Both the position numbers and the translations under genes were made by a program. From contig JBAZJR010000005.1 of the NCBI GenBank assembly GCA_041651195.1, positions 33 to 64,032 of the forward strand: a DNA stretch of 64,000 nt, in the 5' to 3' direction. Shown here in pieces: positions 36,086 to 44,266 of this stretch (within the stretch, counting starts at the first letter, position 1; each line of letters starts with the position of its first letter). Origin of the DNA: Patescibacteria group bacterium. GTDB taxonomy: Bacteria > Patescibacteriota > Patescibacteriia > Patescibacteriales > UBA12465. Below the pieces are notes generated by a model. That model was not told where the DNA came from and did no database searches. It saw nothing but the letters and a program-made list of their open reading frames with translations.

Positions 36086-36745
36086 ATGACCGCCTTCACG
36101 CCTAAAAAGCTGCCGCTAGAAGAAACCGTTGGTGAAAAATTGCGTCAGGCCAGACATTATAAGAATTTAAAGATTGAAGATGTTGCCAAACGGCTTAATA
36201 TCCGCAAAGAATACTTGAGCGCTCTGGAAGAAGAAGATTTTGACCGACTGCCGACCGGGCTATACAGCAAAAAATTTTTAAAAGAATACGCTTCATTCCT
36301 CGGACTCCGGACAAATGATCTCTTAAAAAACTGGCGGCTAAGCTCTGAGGGGGGGTATCCAGCGGATCCTTTTTCGCAAAAAGTGGTAAAAAAAAATAAA
36401 TTCATCATCTTCCCCCGCATTATCAGAAACATCCTGATCGCCGCCGCCGTCTTAATCTGCTTCCTATATTTGACATTCTATTTCAAAAAAATCATTTTTC
36501 CTCCGACCTTAAACATTATCGAGCCGGAAAAAAATATGCTGACTACCAAGGATTCTATCCTGATCAAGGGGGAAACGGAGCCAGGGGCGGAAATAAAAAT
36601 TAACGGCGAGATCGTCTTAAATAACGACAACGGGAACTTCTCGCAGTCAATAAACTTGAAAAAAGGCTTGAATAACATCGTTATCACCGCTAAAAAGAAA
36701 TATAGCCGAGAAAAGATCGTCAACCGCCAAATATTAGTAGAATAA
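36086..36745 (+). CDS. RodZ-like HTH membrane protein
   Basis: N-terminal XRE-type HTH VGEKLRQARHYKNLKIEDVAKRLNIRKEYLSALEEEDFDRLP, single TM segment, C-terminal beta-rich domain. Confidence 0.65.
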   Translation: MTAFTPKKLPLEETVGEKLRQARHYKNLKIEDVAKRLNIRKEYLSALEEEDFDRLPTGLYSKKFLKEYASFLGLRTNDLLKNWRLSSEGGYPADPFSQKVVKKNKFIIFPRIIRNILIAAAVLICFLYLTFYFKKIIFPPTLNIIEPEKNMLTTKDSILIKGETEPGAEIKINGEIVLNNDNGNFSQSINLKKGLNNIVITAKKKYSREKIVNRQILVE

Positions 36746-36749
36746 AAAT

Positions 36750-37301
36750 ATGCCAGAAATACAAAAAACTGCATTATTTGACATTGCTAAGATTTTAAGT
36801 AAAATAGGCATAGAAGAAAGGCAGCAAGTTGCGGAGCTCGGCTGCGGAAATTTTGGTTTTTTCGTTTTCCCTTTAGCCCGCCTTGTCGGACGGTATGGGC
36901 GGGTCTACGCCGTAGACATCTTGAAATCGACCTTAGCGGAGATAACGAAAGAGGCTAAAAAAGCCAATTTACCTCAGATCACCCCGGTCTGGAGCAACTT
37001 AGAGATATTTAAAGCGACGAATATACCGATTAGCAGCCTAGACAGCGCCCTCTTGGTAAACGTCATCAATCAATCGGAAAAAAGGCTGGAAATAATCCGA
37101 GAAGCGATCCGGCTCTTGAAAAGAGGGGGCAGGTTGCTCATCGTAGAATGGAAAAATATCGACATTCCTTTCGGGCCAAGCCCGGAACGTCGAGTGCGTC
37201 TTGACTCTCTGAAAACAGCCGCCCCTAAAATCGGCCTAGGCATCAAAGAGGAATTCGAAGCTGGCCCCTACCATTACGGCTTAATACTAACTAAACTATA
37301 A
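36750..37301 (+). CDS. class I SAM-dependent methyltransferase
   Basis: Motif I VAELGCGNFGF, post-I VYAVDI, and GGRLLIVEW. Confidence 0.6.
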   Translation: MPEIQKTALFDIAKILSKIGIEERQQVAELGCGNFGFFVFPLARLVGRYGRVYAVDILKSTLAEITKEAKKANLPQITPVWSNLEIFKATNIPISSLDSALLVNVINQSEKRLEIIREAIRLLKRGGRLLIVEWKNIDIPFGPSPERRVRLDSLKTAAPKIGLGIKEEFEAGPYHYGLILTKL

Positions 37302-37327
37302 ATACGCCTCAATGGCGACTCCTTATT

Positions 37328-37711
37328 ATGACTAACCTATTAACCTTAAGCTACTGGTTCACTCTAAGCCCGGAACCGCTCATGCCGATAGCACAGAAAA
37401 TCCTGATCGGAAGCATTATTTTATTAATAATCCTCGCCATCTTGATTGTGATCATCAAGCGCCGGGGAGGGGCTTACCGCGGCCTCCTTAATAATTTTTA
37501 CGCCTTCTGTTCTATCAACGCGCTGGTCGGCCTGATCTTATTATTTTTCAACTACGAAGGCGTGCCCTTCTTTGCGGCGCGCTTTTGGTTCGGGCTCTGG
37601 ATCCTGGAAATAATCGTCTGGTTATCCTTAATGTTTAAAAAACTAAAGTCTATCCCGCAACAGAAAAAACGGCTGGAACAAGAAAAAGAACTAAAAAAAT
37701 ACCTGCCATAA
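37328..37711 (+). CDS. small membrane protein, unknown function
   Basis: 127 aa, three TM segments, basic C-terminal tail. Confidence 0.45.
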   Translation: MTNLLTLSYWFTLSPEPLMPIAQKILIGSIILLIILAILIVIIKRRGGAYRGLLNNFYAFCSINALVGLILLFFNYEGVPFFAARFWFGLWILEIIVWLSLMFKKLKSIPQQKKRLEQEKELKKYLP

Positions 37712-37735
37712 ATGACCAACATCTAAGCTAACGCT

Positions 37736-37760
37736 AGCCCCTGGCCTCAGGGGCTTTTTT
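37736..37760 (+). terminator. intrinsic terminator
   Basis: AGCCCCTG/gcct/CAGGGGCT followed by TTTTTT. Confidence 0.75.
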
Positions 37761-37767
37761 ATTTAAT

Positions 37768-38148
37768 ATGCCTACCAAGACTAATTGGAACCTAGCCAAA
37801 CAAGAATTAGGCCGGCGTGGCGAAACAGCCGCCCGAGATTACTTAGCCGGGCGCGGCTACCAAATCATAGAAAGTAATTACCGGTCGGGCCGGCTGGAAA
37901 TAGACTTAATCGCCCAATTGGGTAACGAGATGATATTCATCGAAATCAAAACGCGGAACCGGACGAGAGAAGGCCGAGATGAAAATCCTCTCACGCCATT
38001 CCAAGCTAAAAATCTAAAACGCGCTATCACGGCCTATTGTCATAAAAACCGCGTTAATCTTAGCGCGGCCCGATTAGATCTGATAATTATTTTAGTCGAT
38101 GCCGAGACTCAGAAGGCCGATCTCCAGCACTTTCGAAACATTCTTTAA
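37768..38148 (+). CDS. yraN: YraN-family (UPF0102) endonuclease-like protein
   Basis: GRRGETAARDYLAGRGYQIIESNYR..GEIDLIA......IFIEIKTR pattern. Confidence 0.8.
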   Translation: MPTKTNWNLAKQELGRRGETAARDYLAGRGYQIIESNYRSGRLEIDLIAQLGNEMIFIEIKTRNRTREGRDENPLTPFQAKNLKRAITAYCHKNRVNLSAARLDLIIILVDAETQKADLQHFRNIL

Positions 38149-38869
38149 GGCGTGCTAGGCGGCGACGAAAATGCCAAAGGTTATTTAAAAAGCTCAAACT
38201 GTCTCGTAAAAGCTTAACGGTCGTAGCGCGGCGGCGATAACGATTTTCATGCCAATCAACCGGCACTTCCTGCACCCGATAGCCTAGGCGCGCCGCCAAG
38301 ATAATCAATTCTGTATCGAAAAACCAATAGTCGTCTTGTAAAAACGGGTGGATTGACTGGAAGGCGGGGCGGCGGATCGCCTTGAAGCCGCACTGCAGAT
38401 CCAAGAAGTGATGATCAAGTAATAAGCGAGAAAGAAAGTTATAAGAATAGGAAATAATATCGCGATACCAAGAACGCTCAACTGCCGCGCCCGCGGATAA
38501 ACGCGAACCAATCGTCAAATCGCTAGTGTTATCGATGAGTGGCTGAATCAAACCGGGGATGTCCGCCAAAGAAACGGCCAAGTCAGCATCCATATATGCC
38601 AGGATGTCGGCCGGACTCGACCCCCAATATCTTTTTAAAGCATGGCCGCGCCCGGATTCCTGGATAACGGCATAATCTACCTGATCCGGAAATCTCTCCT
38701 TCAATTCTTTGAAGATCGCGGCAGAAGAGTCACTCGAGCCATTGATGACGCCGACTATGCGCCAAGAAAAATTAAAATCAGCCTGCTGGCAATAGGCTAG
38801 TAATTTTCCCAGATTATCTTTTAAAATCAGGGCTTCATTCTTGGCTGGCAGGCAAAAATCGACTCGCAT
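38087..38869 (-). CDS. family 2 glycosyltransferase (polyprenol-phosphate sugar synthase-like)
   Basis: CLPAKNEA.. start region, DSS and MDADL motifs, and a C-terminal basic region. The ATG at 38869 (MRVDFCLPAKNE) sits 1 nt after the upstream stop. The 3' end overlaps yraN convergently by 62 nt. Confidence 0.75.
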   Translation of the reverse strand: MRVDFCLPAKNEALILKDNLGKLLAYCQQADFNFSWRIVGVINGSSDSSAAIFKELKERFPDQVDYAVIQESGRGHALKRYWGSSPADILAYMDADLAVSLADIPGLIQPLIDNTSDLTIGSRLSAGAAVERSWYRDIISYSYNFLSRLLLDHHFLDLQCGFKAIRRPAFQSIHPFLQDDYWFFDTELIILAARLGYRVQEVPVDWHENRYRRRATTVKLLRDSLSFLNNLWHFRRRLARLKECFESAGDRPSESRHRLK

Positions 38870-38870
38870 A

Positions 38871-40472
38871 TTAATTATTCTTCTTATATAAGACAGCGGT
38901 CTCATCACGATAAATCACTTGCCAATCCGGCGCCGAAGCTAGATAATCGCGTAAATAATTGCGGGGCGTTAATTCCGCCTCCTTAATATTAAACATAAAT
39001 TTTTCCCAATTACGAGCCGGGATCGGCTGATCCGTCGCGGACAATAAGGCTAGCTCGATCCGATATTCATCCAATTTGGCGGCAAATAGCGAATCTGGCC
39101 TCAAAAAATCTAAATATTCCTCTAAGAACGTATGGCCGGCAAACTCAACTTGCGGCAAACGGCCATCGATAAATAATTGACGGACCGGCAATTGCCAAAT
39201 TAGATAGCCACCCCAAACATATTCATTAAAAATCTTTAAATTATCCAGCTCCGGATGATCCCTCAGGTAATCCGCGGCGCCGCAGGGATACTCGCGGCAA
39301 TAGCCATAGAATGGCTCGGAGTTAAAATTAATCTTAATCAGCTCTGAAGCTGAGACTATCAGAAGGCAGGCTAGTAGAAAACCTTTGAGCCACCGACCTA
39401 GCCCGGGCTTGGCCGCGCGAACGGCTGCCGCCTGGAAAACGCGGCCGTAAGTCTCGACCAGAAACAGGAAAGTCGCTACAAAAAGCAAGGGGAAATGGCG
39501 GCGGGATTGAAAACTAAGGCCGACGAATAAGATCGTTAAAAATATAGTCCAAAGGTCGACGCGGAAAATCTTGACCCGGCCCCAAGAATAATAGAGATAT
39601 AGGAATATCCCTAAGACGACCAAGGCTAAGTATAAAAGCTGCCAATACTGAAAAGGAAAATAAAACTGCGACAGCCATTCCTGGATATGGGAAAGATAGA
39701 AAGTGCTCCGATAACCGCCCAAGAAAGAATAGAGATCAGCCCGATAAGGGGTAAAGAGGGTGGCAACAAAGGATAAGCCGACAGCGATGGCAAAATTCAA
39801 GACTTTTCGAAAATCAAGGCGGGCGGAAAGGTCAAGCCAGGGTTGCGGCCAAAACCGGGTCAAGATATTTTCCACCCCCTTAATCGCTAGCCAAGCGGCC
39901 GCGAGGGTGAAACCGATCAAAAAACTGCCATGGAAACAAGACCAAAGATACATCAAAGGGGGCAAAAAAGCTAGCCGACGCCAATCTGGCCGGCGATTAT
40001 AGCCGCTAATAATCGATAGAAGCAAGAATAAAAATAGCCAGCCGCTTTCCTGCATCCGCACTCCTAAGTGGGGCAAGGCGGCAACCGTACCGAAAAGCTG
40101 TAGAAAGATGATTAAGAAAAAAGACCCGGGACGAATCCGGCTGGCAGCCCTATTCATTAATATTAAAACAAAGACGATTAGCGCCGCGAAAAAACTAGAA
40201 ACAGCTATATACCCCCAGTGGCTATATATAAGATAAACCGCCAGATTGCTCAACCATTCATGGTCAACCCAGTGGCCGGTGAAAGTATAGTTATAATGGT
40301 TAAGATCAGGGATGGCCCGGGTCTCGATTATTTCTCGTCCGACCTGGAGATGCCAGCCGAAATCAGGGTCTAAATAGCTAAAAGAGTTCTGGAGTAAAAG
40401 GCAAAAAATAAAAAAATAAAAGAAAAACCAGAAAATATGCTTAAAGTTGACACGTTCTAATAATTTAATCAT
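38871..40472 (-). CDS. large polytopic membrane protein, possible GT-C-type glycosyltransferase
   Basis: More than 10 TM segments followed by a ~170-aa soluble C-terminal domain. It is translationally coupled to the GT2 gene. Function is inferred from architecture only. Confidence 0.4.
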   Translation of the reverse strand: MIKLLERVNFKHIFWFFFYFFIFCLLLQNSFSYLDPDFGWHLQVGREIIETRAIPDLNHYNYTFTGHWVDHEWLSNLAVYLIYSHWGYIAVSSFFAALIVFVLILMNRAASRIRPGSFFLIIFLQLFGTVAALPHLGVRMQESGWLFLFLLLSIISGYNRRPDWRRLAFLPPLMYLWSCFHGSFLIGFTLAAAWLAIKGVENILTRFWPQPWLDLSARLDFRKVLNFAIAVGLSFVATLFTPYRADLYSFLGGYRSTFYLSHIQEWLSQFYFPFQYWQLLYLALVVLGIFLYLYYSWGRVKIFRVDLWTIFLTILFVGLSFQSRRHFPLLFVATFLFLVETYGRVFQAAAVRAAKPGLGRWLKGFLLACLLIVSASELIKINFNSEPFYGYCREYPCGAADYLRDHPELDNLKIFNEYVWGGYLIWQLPVRQLFIDGRLPQVEFAGHTFLEEYLDFLRPDSLFAAKLDEYRIELALLSATDQPIPARNWEKFMFNIKEAELTPRNYLRDYLASAPDWQVIYRDETAVLYKKNN

Positions 40473-40525
40473 AAAAATCCGCTAATACCAGCCTTATTGC
40501 TTTATTTTAGCATAGGCTGATTTAT

Positions 40526-40554
40526 TTGTCTTGTTTAAAATAATGTGCTAAAAT
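40526..40554 (+). promoter_or_regulatory. sigma70-like promoter (extended -10) for the pilin-like gene array
   Basis: TTGTCT, 17-nt spacer ending in TGc, TAAAAT. It is followed by a clear SD (AAAGGTGGTGA) 5 nt before the ATG at 40605. Confidence 0.6.
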
Positions 40555-40604
40555 TAAATGTATAAAAAGTTTAAAACTATTAAAAACTAGAAAGGTGGTG
40601 AAAT

Positions 40605-40994
40605 ATGAAAAAAATTTCCAAACACTTAATTTCTTTAGCGATCATTTCTTTGTTAGCTTTGCCTCTGGCGACTTTAGCGCAGGGCGATGTCAATACTACC
40701 TTCGGCATGAATGAGGTCAATAAAGGCTTGGGTGGTACTTTGACCAACAGCGACCCGAGAGAAGTTATCGGCCGGGTTATCAATGTGGCCTTAGGTTTCT
40801 TGGGCGTTATCGCCGTAGGCATCATCTTATTAGGCGGTTTCAAATGGATGACGGCCGCGGGCAACGAAGAAAAGACTGCTGAAGCCAGAAAATTATTGGG
40901 TGCCGGCGTCATCGGTTTAATTATCATCTTAGCGTCCTGGGGAATAGCGACTTTCGTCATCAATTCTCTGAACACGGCGGTAAGCGGACAGTAA
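40605..40994 (+). CDS. VirB2/TrbC-like (T4SS-pilin-like) small membrane protein, paralog 1 of 6
   Basis: Signal peptide ..LPLATLAQ|G. Two hydrophobic helices are joined by GGFKWMTAAGNEEKTAEARKLL. It is the only array member with a strong SD. Confidence 0.65.
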   Translation: MKKISKHLISLAIISLLALPLATLAQGDVNTTFGMNEVNKGLGGTLTNSDPREVIGRVINVALGFLGVIAVGIILLGGFKWMTAAGNEEKTAEARKLLGAGVIGLIIILASWGIATFVINSLNTAVSGQ

Positions 40995-41027
40995 TCAATT
41001 TAGTGGTTCTCATTACAATATGGGAAT

Positions 41028-41067
41028 CACTGCCTTGTATGCGAAACGCTTCGCATCCAGGGCAGTG
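41028..41067 (+). promoter_or_regulatory. two-tier RNA hairpin between pilin-like genes 1 and 2
   Basis: CACTGCC..ATGCGAA/acgc/TTCGCAT..GGCAGTG (7+7 bp). No T-run follows it. Confidence 0.5.
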
Positions 41068-41082
41068 TCTAATCTTGCTAAT

Positions 41083-41484
41083 ATGAAAAAAAAGGTATTT
41101 TTTATCTCCTGTCTATTAATCCTCGCTGGCTATCTTACCGCCCTGCCGGCCCAAGCCCAAAGCATAGCGAATACTATTAATGGGCTAAATGAAACAGCGG
41201 CTGGCGTTAGCGCCTTCGAGCCGCAAGTCGCCTCCGGCGAATCCTACGGAACCTCTTTTCTCGCAACCAAGGCCGGTCAGATCATCGGTTTGATACTTTC
41301 ATTCGTCGGCGTCCTCTTCTTAGGGCTGATGATTTACGCCGGAATAAAATGGATGACGGCTAACGGCAATGACCAGACGGTCACCGAAGCCAAGCATATG
41401 ATCATCAACGCCTCAATCGGCATCATTATCGTCTTTGCGGCTTACGCGATCACGGCCTTCTTAGGATCCGAGGTCTTAAAATAA
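41083..41484 (+). CDS. VirB2/TrbC-like pilin-like protein, paralog 2
   Basis: The ATG at 41083 gives the signal peptide MKKKVFFISCLLILAGYLTALPAQAQ. Core motif AGIKWMTANGNDQTVTEAKHMIINASIGIIIVFAAYAI. The track start at 41020 lies inside the hairpin. Confidence 0.65.
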   Translation: MKKKVFFISCLLILAGYLTALPAQAQSIANTINGLNETAAGVSAFEPQVASGESYGTSFLATKAGQIIGLILSFVGVLFLGLMIYAGIKWMTANGNDQTVTEAKHMIINASIGIIIVFAAYAITAFLGSEVLK

Positions 41485-41879
41485 TGCGCCTAGAAAAATT
41501 AAAAAAATTAATCAGTGTCGGCACGATCATCGTCTTGTCTGTATTTTATTTCCAGGCGGCCCTAGCTGCCGGTTCTTATGATTTCCAGAAAGAAAGCGGC
41601 CTGGATGACATCGGCAAATCGGCCGGCTTTGAAATCGGCGCTAACTCCACGCCAGTAAACACTATCATCAGCTCCGTCCTTTATACGCTCTTGAGCTTGG
41701 TAGGCATAGTTTTTTTCGCTTATCTCATATACGGCGCCTATACCTGGATGACTTCCCGCGGCAACGAAGAAAAAATCAAAGAGGCGACGACTACGCTGAT
41801 TAATGCCATTATTGGCCTTATTGTTACCCTATCGGCTTATATACTCACTTATTTCATCGTCAGCAAATTCGGATCATAA
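41484..41879 (+). CDS. VirB2/TrbC-like pilin-like protein, paralog 3
   Basis: TAATG overlap with paralog 2. Core motif GAYTWMTSRGNEEKIKEATTTLINAIIGLIVTLSAYIL. Confidence 0.65.
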   Translation: MRLEKLKKLISVGTIIVLSVFYFQAALAAGSYDFQKESGLDDIGKSAGFEIGANSTPVNTIISSVLYTLLSLVGIVFFAYLIYGAYTWMTSRGNEEKIKEATTTLINAIIGLIVTLSAYILTYFIVSKFGS

Positions 41880-41881
41880 AT

Positions 41882-42277
41882 ATGAAATATCTATATATCA
41901 CCTTAAGCGGCCTCTTGCTCTCTCTTTGCTTCTTGGCCCCGGCTCAAGCGGATCTGATCAACCAAGCAAAAGTGAATGAGTTCAATGACAATATTAAAGT
42001 AGTCGCCTCTTCCAGCGATTATAATACCGCAACCAGCCTAGAAGATATTATCGCTACGGTCGTCCGCGTTATCCTATCGGCCCTGGGACTCATCTTCATC
42101 CTCTTGATGTTCCTAGCCGGTAACGATTGGGTCCAGGCCGCCGGGAACGAGGAAAAGGTTAAAAAATCCAAGGATACGATCCGCAATCTAGCGATCGGCT
42201 TAGCCCTGGTCTTAATCGCCTATGCCCTCGCCTCCGGATTCGGGAAAATCGTTTCTTCCATCGTGCTCACTAAATAA
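41882..42277 (+). CDS. VirB2/TrbC-like pilin-like protein, paralog 4
   Basis: Signal peptide ..FLAPAQA|D. Core motif AGNDWVQAAGNEEKVKKSKDTIRNLAIGLALVLIAYAL. Confidence 0.65.
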   Translation: MKYLYITLSGLLLSLCFLAPAQADLINQAKVNEFNDNIKVVASSSDYNTATSLEDIIATVVRVILSALGLIFILLMFLAGNDWVQAAGNEEKVKKSKDTIRNLAIGLALVLIAYALASGFGKIVSSIVLTK

Positions 42278-42284
42278 TAAAGAT

Positions 42285-42680
42285 ATGAAAAAAATAATCA
42301 CCGCCGCCATCGCTTCGCTCTTCCTCTGCGGACTGTTAAGCGCTCCGGTTAATGTCGCGGCGCAGACGGATGCTCCGGAAAATAAACTCTTAAACCGGCT
42401 CACTAACGTCGCTAAAGAGGGCGGCTTCCAGACCGACGCTAATGTCGCCTCTACGCCGATCATCATCGGCACGATTATCGGCGCTTTCTTAGGATTCCTG
42501 GGTATCACTTTCATAGTGATCATGATTATCGCCGGATTCGGATATATGCGGGCGCGCGGCAATGAAGAAGAAATCAAAAAGGCCGTAGCCAGTATCCGGG
42601 AGGCGATTATCGGCCTCGTGATTTCCATGTCAGCTTACGCAGTCTGGAATTTTATCTTCCGGAATCTAATAATCAAGTAA
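42285..42680 (+). CDS. VirB2/TrbC-like pilin-like protein, paralog 5
   Basis: The ATG at 42285 gives the signal peptide MKKIITAAIASLFLCGLLSAPVNVAA. Core motif AGFGYMRARGNEEEIKKAVASIREAIIGLVISMSAYAV. Confidence 0.65.
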   Translation: MKKIITAAIASLFLCGLLSAPVNVAAQTDAPENKLLNRLTNVAKEGGFQTDANVASTPIIIGTIIGAFLGFLGITFIVIMIIAGFGYMRARGNEEEIKKAVASIREAIIGLVISMSAYAVWNFIFRNLIIK

Positions 42681-42684
42681 TCAT

Positions 42685-43104
42685 ATGGTTAAAAAAATCA
42701 TCGCGTTTACCATTACTCTGTCATTATGCTCGGTCTTTTTATTATCTTCCGTTTCCGCCCAGCTGCTGACCAACACGGACCAGGGGTTATTGCCGATGAC
42801 GGAAACCACCCGGAAGGCCGCCAACTTCAGCGATATGCCGATTGAAAATATCATCGCCCGGGTCATCCAAGTCATCTTAGGCTTCCTGGCAACGGTCTTT
42901 ATCATCCTGATGATTATCGCCGGATTCCGTTGGCTGACCGCTCGAGGAAATGAAGAGATGGTCACTGAAGCGCAAGGCACGATCAGGAACGCTATCATTG
43001 GCCTGGCTGTCGTCCTGATGGCTTATGCTATCACCTACTTTATCTTTAAATACATGCCATTCAGCGGAGGGAGCGGAGCGCTGCAAAGCACCATCTCAAG
43101 CTAA
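42685..43104 (+). CDS. VirB2/TrbC-like pilin-like protein, paralog 6
   Basis: Signal peptide ..LLSSVSA|Q. Core motif AGFRWLTARGNEEMVTEAQGTIRNAIIGLAVVLMAYAI. Confidence 0.65.
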   Translation: MVKKIIAFTITLSLCSVFLLSSVSAQLLTNTDQGLLPMTETTRKAANFSDMPIENIIARVIQVILGFLATVFIILMIIAGFRWLTARGNEEMVTEAQGTIRNAIIGLAVVLMAYAITYFIFKYMPFSGGSGALQSTISS

Positions 43105-43133
43105 CAGAAACGAAGATTAAATTTAATTATATT

Positions 43134-43166
43134 AAAAAGGACATCGATAGAGATGTCCTTTTTTTC
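43134..43166. terminator. bidirectional intrinsic terminator
   Basis: AAAAAGGACATC/gatagag/GATGTCCTTTTTTT between the pilin array (+) and the lipoprotein gene (-). Confidence 0.75.
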
Positions 43167-43167
43167 A

Positions 43168-43944
43168 TTAAAATTTATTACTAACGGTTGAGAAAAAGGC
43201 GACCGACTTATTATCAACCTCTTTCCTATTTAGACAGCTGACGAAAGCGGATGATTGACTCTGCCCATCGCCGTCGAGGTTAGTATAAACTATCCGATAA
43301 TGGCCGGGGCCAGGAATCTTAAAAATTTTAATGACCGGACGGTTCTTATTAAATGTCCCTGGTAGCAGGAAAGCGGTAATCGGCTGAGAACCTAAAAATA
43401 TATCGACCTGGATTTGATGATCGGAATAGCTGATCACGGCAGCTGAATCAATAGTAGATAATCCGGCGTTAAGATGAGCTTTCTCATATGCCTCCATCGC
43501 CATAATGTTAGCTAAACCGTCGAGGGCCCCCTCATAGACATTGACGTCTAGGGACCGCTTCTTATCTTTACCGGCGGCCGAGACAATAAAATTACTGAGC
43601 TGCTCTTCTAAATAGGCTATTTTTTGGCTATAAGAGGTTATCAGAAGATTATTCTGATCAATCTGCTTGAGAAGCTCCTGAATAGCTGTCTTGCCGATAG
43701 ACAGATCTTCGGCTTGGGCGGCCAAGTTAATATTATGGTCTTGCAGGCGCGTTTTCTGCGCCCGATAATCTTGAATCAAACTACTATAAATCGCCGTACT
43801 TTTAGCGACCTCCTCTGTAGACACGTCCCCGGATTGCAGGCGAGACTGTGCGCCGCAACCAGATAACATAGTGGCTAAGATCATAAGCGCGAATAATAGG
43901 ACGGATCCTATTGAGATACTTTTTAACACTTTTACTGTTTTCAT
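43168..43944 (-). CDS. lipoprotein with coiled-coil N-terminal part, unknown function
   Basis: Lipobox ATMLSGC. A heptad-like Q/L/E-rich ~100 aa is followed by a beta-rich domain. Confidence 0.55.
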   Translation of the reverse strand: MKTVKVLKSISIGSVLLFALMILATMLSGCGAQSRLQSGDVSTEEVAKSTAIYSSLIQDYRAQKTRLQDHNINLAAQAEDLSIGKTAIQELLKQIDQNNLLITSYSQKIAYLEEQLSNFIVSAAGKDKKRSLDVNVYEGALDGLANIMAMEAYEKAHLNAGLSTIDSAAVISYSDHQIQVDIFLGSQPITAFLLPGTFNKNRPVIKIFKIPGPGHYRIVYTNLDGDGQSQSSAFVSCLNRKEVDNKSVAFFSTVSNKF

Positions 43945-44156
43945 GGCTTCCCTTCCTTTTTTTTGATTAAAATTTATTGATTTTGCTTTTTTCTTTTTTT
44001 AACGAACGAAAATAATCTTTGATGATAAAATACATCGCTTAATTATCAAGAAATACTATCATTTTTTATATAATATGTCAATATTTATTCATCAAAACTA
44101 AGCCGAAGCTAATTTTGGTCATCTTTTTTTATCCCCACCCTATACACACGCCAATA

Positions 44157-44185
44157 TTGACTTTTTAGTAATCTAGTGATAAGAT
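44157..44185 (+). promoter_or_regulatory. sigma70-like promoter for the 3D-domain gene
   Basis: TTGACT, 17-nt spacer, TAAGAT, about 80 nt before the ATG at 44267. Confidence 0.5.
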
Positions 44186-44196
44186 AGTCTGTCGAG

Positions 44197-44243
44197 AAAA
44201 TCCCTGCTTGAATATCTTAAATATGATATGGTAGGGGTTTTTT
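44197..44243 (+). promoter_or_regulatory. terminator-like hairpin inside the 5' leader of the 3D-domain gene
   Basis: AAAATCCCT..ATATC/ttaaatat/GATAT..AGGGGTTTT followed by a T-run, 24 nt before the start codon. Confidence 0.4.
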
Positions 44244-44244
44244 A

Positions 44245-44264
44245 ATTTAGCTAATATTAAACAA
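44245..44264. repeat. 20-nt exact repeat (second copy at 55247-55266)
   Basis: atttagctaatattaaacaa is found at both sites by direct reading. It contains the perfect 8-bp palindrome TTAGCTAA. Confidence 0.8.
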
Positions 44265-44266
44265 TT

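Noticed and set aside
40580-42998. Antisense ORFs opposite the pilin-like genes (40580..40975, 42212..42628, 42681..42998, 42877..43086)
   Set aside because: The sense-strand genes have signal peptides, conserved paralogous motifs and tight operon spacing. The antisense products have no such features.
40605-43104. CRISPR-like or other non-coding periodic repeat (regular ~400-bp periodicity)
   Set aside because: The periodicity comes from six protein-coding paralogs. There are no short direct repeats with spacers, and I saw no CRISPR array anywhere in the window.
43945-44266. c-di-AMP (ydaO-type) riboswitch upstream of the 3D-domain gene
   Set aside because: The gene class fits, but I could not find the conserved ACGGGG/CCCGA-type elements or the required length and pseudo-symmetry. 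I report only a generic leader hairpin.
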